A DNA stretch of 64,000 nt from a virus: the IMG/VR virus record IMGVR_UViG_3300028388_004019, positions 1-64,000 of that record; one strand, given 5' to 3'. The notes below the pieces were generated by a model. That model saw nothing but the letters and a program-made list of their open reading frames with translations, was not told where the DNA came from and searched no databases. The position numbers and the translations under genes were made by a program. Below are positions 11,101-20,691 of the stretch, one piece after another; within the stretch, counting starts at the first letter, position 1; the number at the start of each line of letters is the position of its first letter.

Positions 11101-12412
11101 ACATCTGATTACTGTTGGCTGAGAAATGTCTGTCATAATCGGCACCCCAAAAGACACCACCTGTTGCAGCATCTTTATAAATATCAAAACAAATTGTACC
11201 ACCACTTCTGGCTAAAGTAAGACCGTTGGTCATTTGAACGAAAGTACCGTCCTGACCGTCGAAGTCCATATACTCTGAATTAACATAACTGATACCACCG
11301 TTGAGTGTACCGTGATTGTTTTGACCACTCAAATCAGTCCATTGTGTACCTGTACCCCCATAACTTGATGGGTTTGTGGCATCCAAATGAAGAACCATAT
11401 CAGTAGTTATTAATGTTGGTGTAGAACCTTTATCACCCTTAGTACCTTTCGTACCCTTTTCACCAACATTACCCGTTTGAAATTCCTCAAAACTACCGTT
11501 TACCATCACATCAGTACCATCAGATGTTTTGGTCAATTCTACAGCATCCAAAAAGTTACCACCATCAGTCGCCGTAGTAGAACTAAATGTTAATACTAAA
11601 CTTGAATCTGTAGGTGTGAATGTATGTGTGTTTACAGTCCAAGCCGATGTGATACCAGTAAATGTACCCACATTGATATTTGTGGAACCCCCCTGAATCT
11701 TAACATTCATGATGTTAGGGAACGGACCTCCTGAAGACCTACCTCTATGTGCAAAAGAAAGTTCGTATTCTTGTCCCGACTCTACCGTCACGGTCTGTTG
11801 TAAGGCATGTCTCTGTGATACCCTTGAATTGATTTCACAGAAATATTCACCGTCATAGGCAGGAACACTCATAAACCCTGAGTTCCAAATTTCTATCACA
11901 TTATCTGATGCAGTAGGGTCCCAACCTGGAATACAATCCTCATAGAACCATTGAAACGTAGTTGGTGGTGGTGGACATGAACCTCCGAAACCGTCTTCAC
12001 CCTTATCACCTTTCTGACCTTTTACGTTTTCACCGACACCACCAAGGACACCTTTGATACCTTTAGTACCTTTCGTACCTTTGAGACCTTTTTCACCCTT
12101 GATACCTTTAGAACCTTTTTCACCTTTTTGACCTTTGATTCTTTCGTCACTACCAATCCAATCACCACTCGAATCGGTACCTTTCTCTCCTTTGAAGTTG
12201 ATATTATCTTCAAAATCAACATCACCTTTTACATGAAAATTTAGAGTATCGGCATCAATTTTAACTATCTCATCCCCTTGTGTCTTCCCCGAGAAGATAA
12301 GTGAACCGTCATCATGGACATGCATTTTGATTTCATCTCCACTACTGTTACTAAAAAGAATATATGGTGTAGAACCTGTTGGGTTAGGAACTATCTTAAT
12401 ATTTTTTGCCAT
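8129..12412 (-). CDS. Collagen-like fibre protein C with galactose-binding-like (DUF642/CBM-like) and LamG/concanavalin-A-like domains
   Basis: N-terminal module, short collagen, a beta-sandwich ([23 protein letters not shown]...[10 protein letters not shown]...GNFLDAV), a LamG-like domain ([31 protein letters not shown]...[11 protein letters not shown]...YVDG...[12 protein letters not shown]), then about 850 aa of interrupted Gly-X-Y. Confidence 0.9.
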   Translation of the reverse strand: MAKNIKIVPNPTGSTPYILFSNSSGDEIKMHVHDDGSLIFSGKTQGDEIVKIDADTLNFHVKGDVDFEDNINFKGEKGTDSSGDWIGSDERIKGQKGEKGSKGIKGEKGLKGTKGTKGIKGVLGGVGENVKGQKGDKGEDGFGGSCPPPPTTFQWFYEDCIPGWDPTASDNVIEIWNSGFMSVPAYDGEYFCEINSRVSQRHALQQTVTVESGQEYELSFAHRGRSSGGPFPNIMNVKIQGGSTNINVGTFTGITSAWTVNTHTFTPTDSSLVLTFSSTTATDGGNFLDAVELTKTSDGTDVMVNGSFEEFQTGNVGEKGTKGTKGDKGSTPTLITTDMVLHLDATNPSSYGGTGTQWTDLSGQNNHGTLNGGISYVNSEYMDFDGQDGTFVQMTNGLTLARSGGTICFDIYKDAATGGVFWGADYDRHFSANSNQMYGETASNCNSFTSPTFTFNTGQWYQITLVFDNNRAYHYVDGSYIGETPNYGSINCGAAASQLEADFPWSRIGENTQYVGHLDGRIRRVIQYSSPLNATEVLRNYNAMSIIPGESGTKGSNTKGQKGTTGSSPKGTKGIKGTKGAQGGTGSVGENFQGSAGPTGSSSPGDKGQKGEESQGARGPVGDNNPGPKGPTGEKGQKGQKGIKGSTAAAGSKGEKGQKGTKGAKGTKGTDGPKGLKGFKGNKGVKGTKGSLGASPQGEKGNRGNSPQGPQGDTGASPQGPQGNQGSQGSQGGVGDSTKGTKGAQGDSNQGPKGPKGYANPGPKGPTGDTNQGPQGSAGPTGEGGDKGPTAPAGGGGDKGSTGNDGPKGNKGQKGFTGAKGVKGQKGNKGQKGSQGSSPKGPKGFIGSSPQGPQGDVGTSPQGGQGDTGASPQGPQGNQGPRGGTGAVGDSTKGNRGAQGDANPGPKGPTGDTNQGPQGSTGSTGAGGDKGPTAPAGGTGDKGPKGNDGPKGNKGVKGATGAKGNKGQKGATGPKGNKGNKGVKGYKGPQGSSPKGPKGFIGNSPQGPQGGTGASPQGPQGNQGGQGPQGGVGDSTQGGRGPTGAPNPGPKGPKGEPNPGPGGPTGSGGPVGDKGPTAPKGAKGAKGPKGNDGPKGVKGFAGPDGPKGNKGNKGNKGQKGAQGNSPQGVKGFRGGSPQGPGGSTGASPQGPHGDTGGQGNQGGVGASTPGAQGPVGDSTQGPGGSVGDNHQGPQGTTGDKGPKGIKGYTAPDGPKGNRGATGNDGPKGNRGPAGPDGPKGNKGPKGFKGPKGPQGNSPQGNKGPQGNSPKGNRGATGNSPKGNRGGTGGGGSVGPTGGNNPGPKGPKGYANPGPKGPKGYANVGPKGPSSNDKGPKGNKGPTAPDGPKGPKGNKGATGNRGNTGGTGSTGDKGPKGYVGPQGGQGAKGPQGNSPKGNRGPSGASPQGPTGDKGPQVKGFRGLQRCDW

Positions 12413-12542
12413 GTAATTTTAAAGGTCTCAAGGTTTATAGTAATAAATATTACATATTCCAATTCTATACAATAAATACACAAGAACTCTTTAAGGTGTA
12501 GTAAGAATTTCATATAATTTCATCAAATAAGTTTAAGAACAT

Positions 12543-13259
12543 ATGAAAGAAAATAAATTGAAGTTTGATTATGATATTTGTAATCGAATCGCAAACATAA
12601 TTATTAACGAACACCACAAGTTAGACCCAAAAGTGAAAACCAGCATTTGGGTGACTTGGGTGGATAGATTTTTCGTACTCAACGGATTTACCACATTAAC
12701 AAATGTATTTGACATCTCATTATTAATTAATGATAAGATGGGAAAATCAGACGAGGATTGGACACCACTAAACTTTGTGGATTTAATTAGATATGGTGAG
12801 TTTGATGAAGATACATTACCGTATAACATCAAATTCATCAATGACATATCAAAACACCACCATTTCTTTAATGACATAGATTCACCCGTAAGAACAGAGG
12901 AATCAATACCATTTCAAAAACCTTGGATATCTGAAGACCATTACGGTCAATCATTTGAATTGAGAAAATATAAATTTCTTGCAATGAAAATTGCCAACCA
13001 TATCTTCTCAGCAAATTATACCAACAATATAAGATTAATAGCTTTCCGTGATGATACCGTTTTTGTAAGAACAGAAAATAGTACCGTCAGCGAAGAGTTC
13101 ATCAACAATGTTGTGGATGCTTGTTTCGGTGGGAGGATTGATGAAGAAATTCAAAAGATGGATTTATTAAACTTTGACTTTCAAAAGGTATTGGGATATA
13201 ATGATGAACCTTACCCATGGCAAGTCAAAGACCACATGAAAGACTTTATGATGATATAA
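12543..13259 (+). CDS. Hypothetical protein
   Basis: 238-aa ORF on the opposite strand, ending at a bidirectional terminator; no motif recognised. Confidence 0.7.
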   Translation: MKENKLKFDYDICNRIANIIINEHHKLDPKVKTSIWVTWVDRFFVLNGFTTLTNVFDISLLINDKMGKSDEDWTPLNFVDLIRYGEFDEDTLPYNIKFINDISKHHHFFNDIDSPVRTEESIPFQKPWISEDHYGQSFELRKYKFLAMKIANHIFSANYTNNIRLIAFRDDTVFVRTENSTVSEEFINNVVDACFGGRIDEEIQKMDLLNFDFQKVLGYNDEPYPWQVKDHMKDFMMI

Positions 13260-13290
13260 AAAGAAAGGGGACCGAAGTCCCCTTTTTTTA
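13258..13290. terminator. Bidirectional intrinsic terminator
   Basis: AAAGGGGAC-CGAA-GTCCCCTTT with an A-run before and a T-run after, between convergent genes. Confidence 0.85.
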
Positions 13291-13566
13291 TAAGAATTGT
13301 TTTACTTTTTCCAACGCTTCGTGGATGTCATCAAAATCCCTGTCGGGTGCCATCAACTTCACATCGTTAACCTGCTCACCCTCATGGTCAATCAACATGA
13401 ACGCAGGAATATAGTCATTACCTGTTGCTTCAACAAATGTATCATACTCTCTCTCGTACTCGTCGATATCTCTTTCAATGTAATCCACATTGGATTCTTT
13501 TAATAAGCCCTTCATCTGGTCACAGAAAGGACATCCCTTCATAGAATATAATACAACCTGCTTCAT
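13288..13566 (-). CDS. Glutaredoxin
   Basis: YSMKGCPFCDQMK (CPFC active site), thioredoxin-fold size, 92 aa. Confidence 0.85.
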   Translation of the reverse strand: MKQVVLYSMKGCPFCDQMKGLLKESNVDYIERDIDEYEREYDTFVEATGNDYIPAFMLIDHEGEQVNDVKLMAPDRDFDDIHEALEKVKQFL

Positions 13567-13883
13567 TACAACAACATTCCTTTTAATTCTTCCAATTGAG
13601 CTTCTTGCAAGATACCCGTCTTAGTAGCCAATACCTCACCCTCAGATACTACCTTAACCGTTGGGATAGAACGTACACCCATCTCAACAGCCAATTCCTT
13701 ATCACTCTCAATGTCAAATTTATATACTCCTACTTCAGAACCTTCTGACCTTAGTTTCTCAGCATACTTCTCAATGATTGGACCCATAACTCTACATGGT
13801 CCACACCATTCAGCATACATATCAACGATGAACTTCTCACCGCTATCCATCTTTTCTCTCAACTGTGTTGATGTTAACTCCAT
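13566..13883 (-). CDS. trxA: Thioredoxin
   Basis: WCGPC active site, GVRSIPT cis-Pro motif, 105 aa. Confidence 0.92.
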   Translation of the reverse strand: MELTSTQLREKMDSGEKFIVDMYAEWCGPCRVMGPIIEKYAEKLRSEGSEVGVYKFDIESDKELAVEMGVRSIPTVKVVSEGEVLATKTGILQEAQLEELKGMLL

Positions 13884-14215
13884 GGTAATCTAATTTTTTG
13901 TTTTTTAATACCGTTAATAAAGAATAAAATACCATCCCTTCCTTTCTCATCTGTCAAACAGACCAACCAATAGGTGGTATCTTCAGTATTCCTCTTGTAG
14001 TAAATATACGAAGAGCCAGGGCTAAACTCAATAAGTCCTTCGTATCTTTCTATCTTATCATCGATAAAACTATTCCCCCAAATTTCTTTGTTACCCTTAT
14101 TCAATAAAGACATCACAACATCTGGTGGGTACCAGCCTGATTGAATAAGAGAGGGGTATTCACCCACTCTCTTCTCAACCAATTCTATAATCTTATCCGA
14201 TAACTTTGTTTCCAT
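13874..14215 (-). CDS. Hypothetical protein
   Basis: 113-aa ORF, translationally coupled to its neighbours. Confidence 0.65.
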   Translation of the reverse strand: METKLSDKIIELVEKRVGEYPSLIQSGWYPPDVVMSLLNKGNKEIWGNSFIDDKIERYEGLIEFSPGSSYIYYKRNTEDTTYWLVCLTDEKGRDGILFFINGIKKQKIRLPWS

Positions 14216-15348
14216 TATTCGACTTCTCTTTCAAGAGGTTCGGTCTTAATCATATCTTTGACCTCATTACTAACCTCTACCTCACTATACATATTGTGCA
14301 AAGTTTTTTCCAACTCCTCAGCATGTGAAATAGATTCCGCAATAATGAAGGTAATGCGATAAGGGTCAGCATTAGATGCTGGTCTTCGGTCTTCAACATA
14401 TCCAACCCAATCCTTTGATGTAGACAACGGTACACGAATAGATGCACCTCTGTCAGAAACACCCCAACTAAACTTATCAATACTCTGAGTCTCATGTAAA
14501 CCTGTCAACCTCATCTCATTAGATGAACCATAACATTTGATGTGGTCCAAATGACGTGATTCAAATGTCTTAAAGATTGCATCGAAATACTCCTTACCAC
14601 CTTCACCTCTCATTCTATCATTAGAGAAGTTACAGTGTAGACCCGAACCGTTCCAATCACCAGTAACTGGTTTAGGGTGGAACTCAATCTTAAATCCATA
14701 GTCCTCAGACATCTGTAATAACATGTAACGAGAAACCCACAAATCATCCGCAGCTTTCAACTTACCTTTACTAAAAACCTGGTATTCCCACTGACCCAAC
14801 ATCACCTCAGCATTGGTACCAGTAATCTCGATACCCGCCATTATACAGTTTTCCATGTGTTGCTCCACAAACTCACGACCGTGAACCTGTCCATTACCAA
14901 CACCACAGTAATACTTACCTTGTGGTTCAGGGAATCCATTCACAGGGAAACCCAACGGTTTACCCTCCTTCATAATGGTATACTCCTGCTCGAAACCGAA
15001 CCACAAACCTTCTTCCTCCTCACCAATCAAGTGACGAGTGTTTGTCTCATGAGGTGTACCATCGGCATTCATCACCTCACACATCACCAAGTAAGAATCC
15101 ATCATACCCTTATTCATTGGGTTTGGATACAACCTCACTGGTTTCAAAATACAATCCGAGAAGTGACCCTCAGCTTGCATCGTTGATGAACCGTCAAATC
15201 CCCACTCAGGACAATCTTCCAATCCTACACCATGAACTCTCTTTCCATTGACTTCATGCACTGGTGCATTCACTACCTTTACCTTACTACGTAGATTTGG
15301 CTCGGGGTAGTAACCGTCTAACCAAATGTACTCTAACTTAATTTTCAT
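14215..15348 (-). CDS. glnII: Glutamine synthetase, type II (GSII)
   Basis: KLEYIWLDG, FDGSST, WFGFEQEY, NAEVMLGQWEYQ, HPKPVTGDWNGSGLHCNFS, RLTGLHET, DRGASIRVP and EDRRPASNADPY are all GSII signature motifs. Confidence 0.95.
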   Translation of the reverse strand: MKIKLEYIWLDGYYPEPNLRSKVKVVNAPVHEVNGKRVHGVGLEDCPEWGFDGSSTMQAEGHFSDCILKPVRLYPNPMNKGMMDSYLVMCEVMNADGTPHETNTRHLIGEEEEGLWFGFEQEYTIMKEGKPLGFPVNGFPEPQGKYYCGVGNGQVHGREFVEQHMENCIMAGIEITGTNAEVMLGQWEYQVFSKGKLKAADDLWVSRYMLLQMSEDYGFKIEFHPKPVTGDWNGSGLHCNFSNDRMRGEGGKEYFDAIFKTFESRHLDHIKCYGSSNEMRLTGLHETQSIDKFSWGVSDRGASIRVPLSTSKDWVGYVEDRRPASNADPYRITFIIAESISHAEELEKTLHNMYSEVEVSNEVKDMIKTEPLEREVE

Positions 15349-15400
15349 AAAATATTTTTTTATACCCTATAATTATATGGGTATTACCCATAAAATACAT

Positions 15401-15430
15401 AAAAAAAGGGGGTATCACCCCCTTATTTTT
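15401..15430 (-). terminator. Intrinsic terminator
   Basis: Minus strand AAGGGGGT-GAT-ACCCCCTT followed by T7, just after the stop of 15433-16017. Confidence 0.8.
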
Positions 15431-15432
15431 TA

Positions 15433-16017
15433 TTAATCTTCGTAATCCTCAATAGGTTCACCGTCAGTTTCAATCAAATCGTGACAATAAAGAACCATTT
15501 CACGTTGACGTTCGTATAGTGATTCCATGAAATCCATCTGAGTTTGTTCATACTCCTCATCATCCCAATCCATATCTACCGTTGGGTCTTCCATTTCATC
15601 ATCTTCCTCTTGCCAAATACATGGAGTTCCGTCTTTATCCTTTTTGATGACAACAGCACCAATCGGGTTGTAAGCTTCATCTTCATACATCACCTCGATT
15701 AAGACCTCAGGGTCAAGTTCCACTAAGATATTATAAAGGTGGATAAAGAATTTAATCGGTGGGTACCATGCTGATTCAACACTGAACGCTCCGTCACCTT
15801 GAATGTCATATAGATAAGTCCACTTTGAACCTAAATTATCTACTGACCATGTATTCAACACACCTTCACCACTTTCACCCATTTCTACTTCGTTATAGAA
15901 ATTTTTTGCAAAAGATGTTACATCACTGTATTCAACACCTTCCAATAGTTCGTCCACCTTCTTAACAACTTCTTCGTTGCCGTGAACCTCAATCATACTT
16001 TTTAGATAGTTTGCCAT
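15433..16017 (-). CDS. Hypothetical protein, possibly Api92/YubB-like ferredoxin fold
   Basis: WSVDNLGSKW...FSVESAWYPP...YEDE resembles the W..NWGTKW/TAWSPP pattern; acidic C-terminus. Confidence 0.55.
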   Translation of the reverse strand: MANYLKSMIEVHGNEEVVKKVDELLEGVEYSDVTSFAKNFYNEVEMGESGEGVLNTWSVDNLGSKWTYLYDIQGDGAFSVESAWYPPIKFFIHLYNILVELDPEVLIEVMYEDEAYNPIGAVVIKKDKDGTPCIWQEEDDEMEDPTVDMDWDDEEYEQTQMDFMESLYERQREMVLYCHDLIETDGEPIEDYED

Positions 16018-16041
16018 TTTATTTAATATTAATGTTTGTGA

Positions 16042-16083
16042 TAAAATTAGGCAAAAAAAAGGAGGGAGTCAAACCCCCTCCTG
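16042..16083 (-). promoter_or_regulatory. Overlapping terminator and Bacteroidota-type promoter
   Basis: Minus strand AGGAGGGGG-TTTGA-CTCCCTCCT-T7 hairpin. The loop TTTG is 20 nt upstream of TAATTTTA, a variant of the -7 box. Confidence 0.7.
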
Positions 16084-16102
16084 AAAATATTTATATTTTT
16101 TT

Positions 16103-18634
16103 TTAGAAGTTGTATTTCAAACTTGCGTTCCATGTACGACCGAAACCGAACCATACAGAGTTTCTTACATCAACACCATTCCACGTTACTGAATTTTCAT
16201 CAGCGTGAATGTTTGAGTTAGACTCAGCAATGTATGTTGTGTTCAACAAGTTGTTTACATTACCTCTCAAAGTGAACTTACCAAATCTTGCAGTAAGACC
16301 TAAGTCTACCAATCCGTAAGATGGTAATTTTAACGCTCCTTGGTTATCTTCTTGAGTAAAGTCTGAATCAGTGATTGAGTAGTCAGCATATAAACCGTCA
16401 ACAAAACGATAATTCATATCCATAGAAACTTTCTTACCAATTTTTTGGTCTAAACCTACAGCAGCTACGAACTGAGCAGCATCACCCACCTTAGCATCTT
16501 TCAAGTAAAGGACACCAGTACCAATTGATTGTTGGTTTTCATCAAACAACTCAGCCTCAAAGTCTTTAGTGTATCTCCAGTCACCCATAGATAACATACC
16601 TCTGAACTTAGTGTTGTTAGATAAACGATACTTACCTTCAACTTCGATACCATTGTGTACCACATCAATATCTCTAAACTGAGCAAATCCATCAACACCT
16701 TGTTGGTTAGTCAATGAACGTGTAACAAAACGGTTACCCCACGTTGTAGTGTAAGCATTTACATTCACAGATAAGTTACGGTCAGTATAACCATAACCCA
16801 ATTCCAATGAACGGATTTCTTCGTTTTGAAGGTCAGGGTTGATTTCATTAGCGTAGTTAGGGAAAACTGCGTCGAACAATGGTTGACGAGAGATGATACC
16901 CGTATTGAAGAATACGTTCTGATTCTCATCAATGTTGAAGTTTGCACCACCCTTAACGTAACCACCTAATTGGTTTTGTACTTCAGACTCAGGATTTCCT
17001 ACTTGGTCAAAGTAATCAATTCTTTGGAAAGCTTGGTTAGATACACCCGCTTGAACAACAGCAGTCAATCTATCACCACCATATTCAACTAAACCGTTCA
17101 AACCTTGCCATCCAACTTTACCTACATTATAGTAGTCAATCTTTGGACCATTCAAACCTGTGTTGTTAAATGGTGACGCTTCAACAGTTGTTTCAATAAT
17201 CTGACCTGCAGAGTTATCGTTACCTGTTGAGTAGTAACCATCTAATCCCATCAAGTGGTTTAATGCTCTGTAGTGGTAACCTGTGTAAGAACGTAAGTCA
17301 ACACCTAAAGATGTCTTCCAATTACCTTTTTCGTACTCTAAGTTAGAGATACCACCAACCCAGTTGTGTGAGTTCATAGAAGCTCTACGAACCAATACAG
17401 TACGGTTAACATTTGAATCTCTAAATCCGTTAGAACCGATTAACATTCCTTCATAACCTGAGATGTCACCAGTGTAACCATCAGTCGTTGATTGATTGTG
17501 AGCAACAATCGCATCGAAGTCGATGAATCCATTCTCGTCTCTTGTACCTCTACCATTTTCTAAGTAGTGTTCAGTAAGGTCTTTTCTAAATGGTAAGATA
17601 TCAGATGCACCCGCACGATAGTTGTTACCACGAGGACCTGTACCACCACCACGACCAGCAGAGCCATACAATGATGTGTTTAACTTCAAGTTAGAATTGA
17701 TTTCCCAATCCCAGTTCAAAGTAGCCAATGGTTTATTATAGAAGTTTCTTCTCATTGAGAACTCCTCACCATTCAACATACCACCGTTAGAGTTCCAACG
17801 TTGGTCAATACCTTCATCACCAAAGTTTTGGTAGTCTCTAATAGATACCCACACGTCTCTTTGGTGGTGCCATTGTCCTGCACCTAAGATAGAAAGGTTA
17901 AGTTCGTGGTCTGACCCCTCAGGAGCATAACCAACAGCACCGAAGTATGTCCAACCTTCACCAGAAGTGTTGTATACATATCCGTTACCTGCCCACTTAG
18001 ATAATAAGAAAGATGTTGCCCATCCTTTGTCATTCTTACCTGTGTTGTAAGACGCACCAGTTTTTACATAACCGTCGTTACCAACCATTTGTAATACCGA
18101 ACCACCTTCAGACTTCTGAGCCGCCTTTGTGAAGATAGATACCGTACCACCCACAGATGGAACTGCTAAACGTGATGCACCCAAACCTCTTTGGATTTGG
18201 ATTCCTGATGCCACATCTGTCAAACCTTGCCAGTTAGACCAATAAACCCATCCATTCTCCATATCATTGACAGGTTGTCCGTTGATTAGGAATGATGTGT
18301 TTCTCTGGTCAAAACCACGAAGTGACAAACGTGAGTCACCGTAACCACCACCTTGTTTAGTTGCATAAACACCAGGTGTATTGTTCATGATTTCAGGGAA
18401 CTCTAAGTTACCCGTCTTCAATGTGATTTCAGATGGAGAAATCGTAGATACTGCAATAGGTGTCTCACGAACCTTAGCAATATCAATCACCCCCGATGTA
18501 ACAACAACTTCATCCAATGTTTCAGAGTTGAAAAGGGAGTCTAACGCTTCAAGATTTTTGGCTTCTTGAGCAAAAGCACTGTTCACTGTCAATAAAGCCC
18601 CAGTGATGAAAGCCAATAAACTTACTTTTTTCAT
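16103..18634 (-). CDS. TonB-dependent outer-membrane receptor
   Basis: Signal peptide (MKKVSLL...AFA/QE), LDEVVVT TonB-box region, plug motifs (TPGVY...LRGF...LINGQPVND; IQIQRGLGASRL...SVGGTV), beta-barrel tail ending NVNNLLNTTY...GRTWNASLKYNF with terminal Phe; 843 aa. Confidence 0.95.
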   Translation of the reverse strand: MKKVSLLAFITGALLTVNSAFAQEAKNLEALDSLFNSETLDEVVVTSGVIDIAKVRETPIAVSTISPSEITLKTGNLEFPEIMNNTPGVYATKQGGGYGDSRLSLRGFDQRNTSFLINGQPVNDMENGWVYWSNWQGLTDVASGIQIQRGLGASRLAVPSVGGTVSIFTKAAQKSEGGSVLQMVGNDGYVKTGASYNTGKNDKGWATSFLLSKWAGNGYVYNTSGEGWTYFGAVGYAPEGSDHELNLSILGAGQWHHQRDVWVSIRDYQNFGDEGIDQRWNSNGGMLNGEEFSMRRNFYNKPLATLNWDWEINSNLKLNTSLYGSAGRGGGTGPRGNNYRAGASDILPFRKDLTEHYLENGRGTRDENGFIDFDAIVAHNQSTTDGYTGDISGYEGMLIGSNGFRDSNVNRTVLVRRASMNSHNWVGGISNLEYEKGNWKTSLGVDLRSYTGYHYRALNHLMGLDGYYSTGNDNSAGQIIETTVEASPFNNTGLNGPKIDYYNVGKVGWQGLNGLVEYGGDRLTAVVQAGVSNQAFQRIDYFDQVGNPESEVQNQLGGYVKGGANFNIDENQNVFFNTGIISRQPLFDAVFPNYANEINPDLQNEEIRSLELGYGYTDRNLSVNVNAYTTTWGNRFVTRSLTNQQGVDGFAQFRDIDVVHNGIEVEGKYRLSNNTKFRGMLSMGDWRYTKDFEAELFDENQQSIGTGVLYLKDAKVGDAAQFVAAVGLDQKIGKKVSMDMNYRFVDGLYADYSITDSDFTQEDNQGALKLPSYGLVDLGLTARFGKFTLRGNVNNLLNTTYIAESNSNIHADENSVTWNGVDVRNSVWFGFGRTWNASLKYNF

Positions 18635-18662
18635 GTTAATTTATTTTGGTTTATTTATTTAT

Positions 18663-18689
18663 AAAAAAAGCCGAAGAGTATACTTCGGC
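18663..18689 (-). terminator. Intrinsic terminator 28 nt upstream of the TBDR start
   Basis: Minus strand GCCGAAG-TATACT-CTTCGGC-T7. Confidence 0.8.
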
Positions 18690-18754
18690 CCTGATTATAC
18701 TGGTTAATTTCCTCGGTATTCCACGAGGTACTATTGGTTGGGGTATATATCGTT

Positions 18755-18889
18755 TTACCTTCCTTGACCACGATATTTCTTCTTGTAGTTTTTTGATTTT
18801 TTGTTACGAGATGTGTTGTTCTTAGAGTGAACTCCTGGACGAGACTTGTGTGTTGTCTCCATTTTTCCAATTGAATTGAGTTTTGCCAT
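18755..18889 (-). CDS. Small basic protein (44 aa)
   Basis: MAKLNSIGKMETTHKSRPGVHSKNNTSRNKKSKNYKKKYRGQGR*. The ATG follows an A-rich leader downstream of the promoter at 18931-18962. Confidence 0.7.
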   Translation of the reverse strand: MAKLNSIGKMETTHKSRPGVHSKNNTSRNKKSKNYKKKYRGQGR

Positions 18890-18930
18890 TTCTTTTCTTT
18901 TACTTAATTGTTTGACTTGTTTTAACTCTA

Positions 18931-18962
18931 CAAATATATACAAATTTATTTTACAAAAACAA
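18931..18962 (-). promoter_or_regulatory. Bacteroidota-type sigma-A promoter
   Basis: Minus strand TTG-N21-TATATTTG. Confidence 0.6.
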
Positions 18963-18966
18963 CCCT

Positions 18967-20628
18967 TTAGAAATAAAAATCTAAAATATCATCTTTCACG
19001 TCCTCATTGTTGTCCCACACCAATCTTTTTTTATCCCAATAAGATTGTCTATGTATGATTTTCCCATTTGGAAACTCTTTTTTCATCTTTGGTAACTCAA
19101 TAACTCTCGCATCACTGAGTCGTTTTATACGGTTACCAATCTCCTCCAAAGCGTAGTTCCAATTTGAATTCAAGGTTTCATTGAACCTTCCTAACGCTTG
19201 AACATTGAGTGGTGTTGACCCTTTGAAATACCTGAACTCTACGGTGGCCCTCTCCTTACTGTTCACACTACCCTCACGGAGTGATATGATGAAACAGTTC
19301 GCCTGTTCTATATAAGTCCTTACACAATTGTTTTGATGAGCACTCTCCTCATTGTATTGTTCAGTATTGGTTAACAACACTGGATAGTAATCTAAGTGAG
19401 GACCCATGATAGGTTGTTGAATTTCTTCAATCATTGTTGTTGGGTAATTTCTTTCAATTCTACCTCTTCTATAACTTTGCAATAGACTCACCCACTCACT
19501 ATGTTCAGTATCGAACTGTGACTTTGTTCTCGCTCTTAACTTTACCTCAACATCATATTTGAGTAGGTCCTTTTTGAATCTAAGGTGGTCGTTAATTATT
19601 GACACCAAAGAATCTTCAACTTTTACCATCTCAGTACTATTAGTTTTACTATTGAAATCATTAATATAATCCACCAAACACCTTTTCTCTATATTCGATA
19701 ATTCAACGTCAGGTAAATAGGAGACGTCACCAGTGGAAGTACATCTGTCATTATAAAACTGTAATTCTAACATATTGAAAAAGTCCACACCCAATAAATT
19801 ATAAAAGAAACTAAGAGAATAGAAGTTAACATGTTTATCTGAGTTCAACAACTTACGAACCTTCTTACCATTATAACCTTTATCTTTCATAAACGCATCA
19901 ACCACTGAACCACTCTTCTTCAATAAAGATTTTTTAATTGGTATTGGTAAGAACTTATAAGGATTATCAGGTAATTTGAAATCATTGATTTTATAATATA
20001 ATTTGAAATATTCATCAACGAGTGTACTGATGTCACCAATAACCTGTTGTTCAATACCCAAAGTCTTATTAAACACATCTATTACTTCCCAAAATATCTT
20101 CCATCCGTGTTTGGTATCCATCACCATCGCATTCTTTCCCGACAATGAAACTTCATTAACACTATTAACAATAGATGATAATATTCCCTGAATATGGTAC
20201 CAATTATTCGTTCTTACGTGCTTACCACGAACCTTACTCTTAGATGAGTTTCTACCACCACTATAAAAGTTTTTGTATTTCTTATTGTAGGTTATATATT
20301 GAACATATTTAGTCGTACCGAAATAAGCTTTACCGACCTTTCTGCCTTTGGAGAAGTTATACACCTTGAGAGAAATGGACTTTTCATTTTCTTCAACGAC
20401 AACGGTAACTCTCTCAATGAAGATACCTTTAGTCTTGTCCCCATAATATTGTTTGAGTTCCTCCTCATTCTTAAGGACAATCTTTTGTTTCTTTCTCCAA
20501 TAATCATCCTTCCTCTTCCGTGGAAATGGATAAGACTCGTCACCCTCTTCATAGTTGACTTCACAAGTATCATCATAGACCCACATCCATAGTGTCTCGT
20601 CCTGATATTTGTATAAAGGTTCTTTCAT
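18967..20628 (-). CDS. PcfJ-like domain protein
   Basis: C-terminal ESAHQNNCVRTY...IISLRE...RATVEF...VQALGRFN pattern typical of PcfJ-like proteins in large phages. Confidence 0.75.
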   Translation of the reverse strand: MKEPLYKYQDETLWMWVYDDTCEVNYEEGDESYPFPRKRKDDYWRKKQKIVLKNEEELKQYYGDKTKGIFIERVTVVVEENEKSISLKVYNFSKGRKVGKAYFGTTKYVQYITYNKKYKNFYSGGRNSSKSKVRGKHVRTNNWYHIQGILSSIVNSVNEVSLSGKNAMVMDTKHGWKIFWEVIDVFNKTLGIEQQVIGDISTLVDEYFKLYYKINDFKLPDNPYKFLPIPIKKSLLKKSGSVVDAFMKDKGYNGKKVRKLLNSDKHVNFYSLSFFYNLLGVDFFNMLELQFYNDRCTSTGDVSYLPDVELSNIEKRCLVDYINDFNSKTNSTEMVKVEDSLVSIINDHLRFKKDLLKYDVEVKLRARTKSQFDTEHSEWVSLLQSYRRGRIERNYPTTMIEEIQQPIMGPHLDYYPVLLTNTEQYNEESAHQNNCVRTYIEQANCFIISLREGSVNSKERATVEFRYFKGSTPLNVQALGRFNETLNSNWNYALEEIGNRIKRLSDARVIELPKMKKEFPNGKIIHRQSYWDKKRLVWDNNEDVKDDILDFYF

Positions 20629-20643
20629 AGATTATTATTTACC

Positions 20644-20686
20644 CAAATTATAAGTAAAAAAAAAGAGGGAGACAACTCCCTCTTAT
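20644..20686 (-). terminator. Terminator ending the PLOD-GT gene, overlapping a probable promoter
   Basis: AAGAGGGAG-TTGT-CTCCCTCTT-T8 followed by TATAATTTG. The TTG in the loop is 20 nt upstream of that box. Confidence 0.75.
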
Positions 20687-20691
20687 TAACA

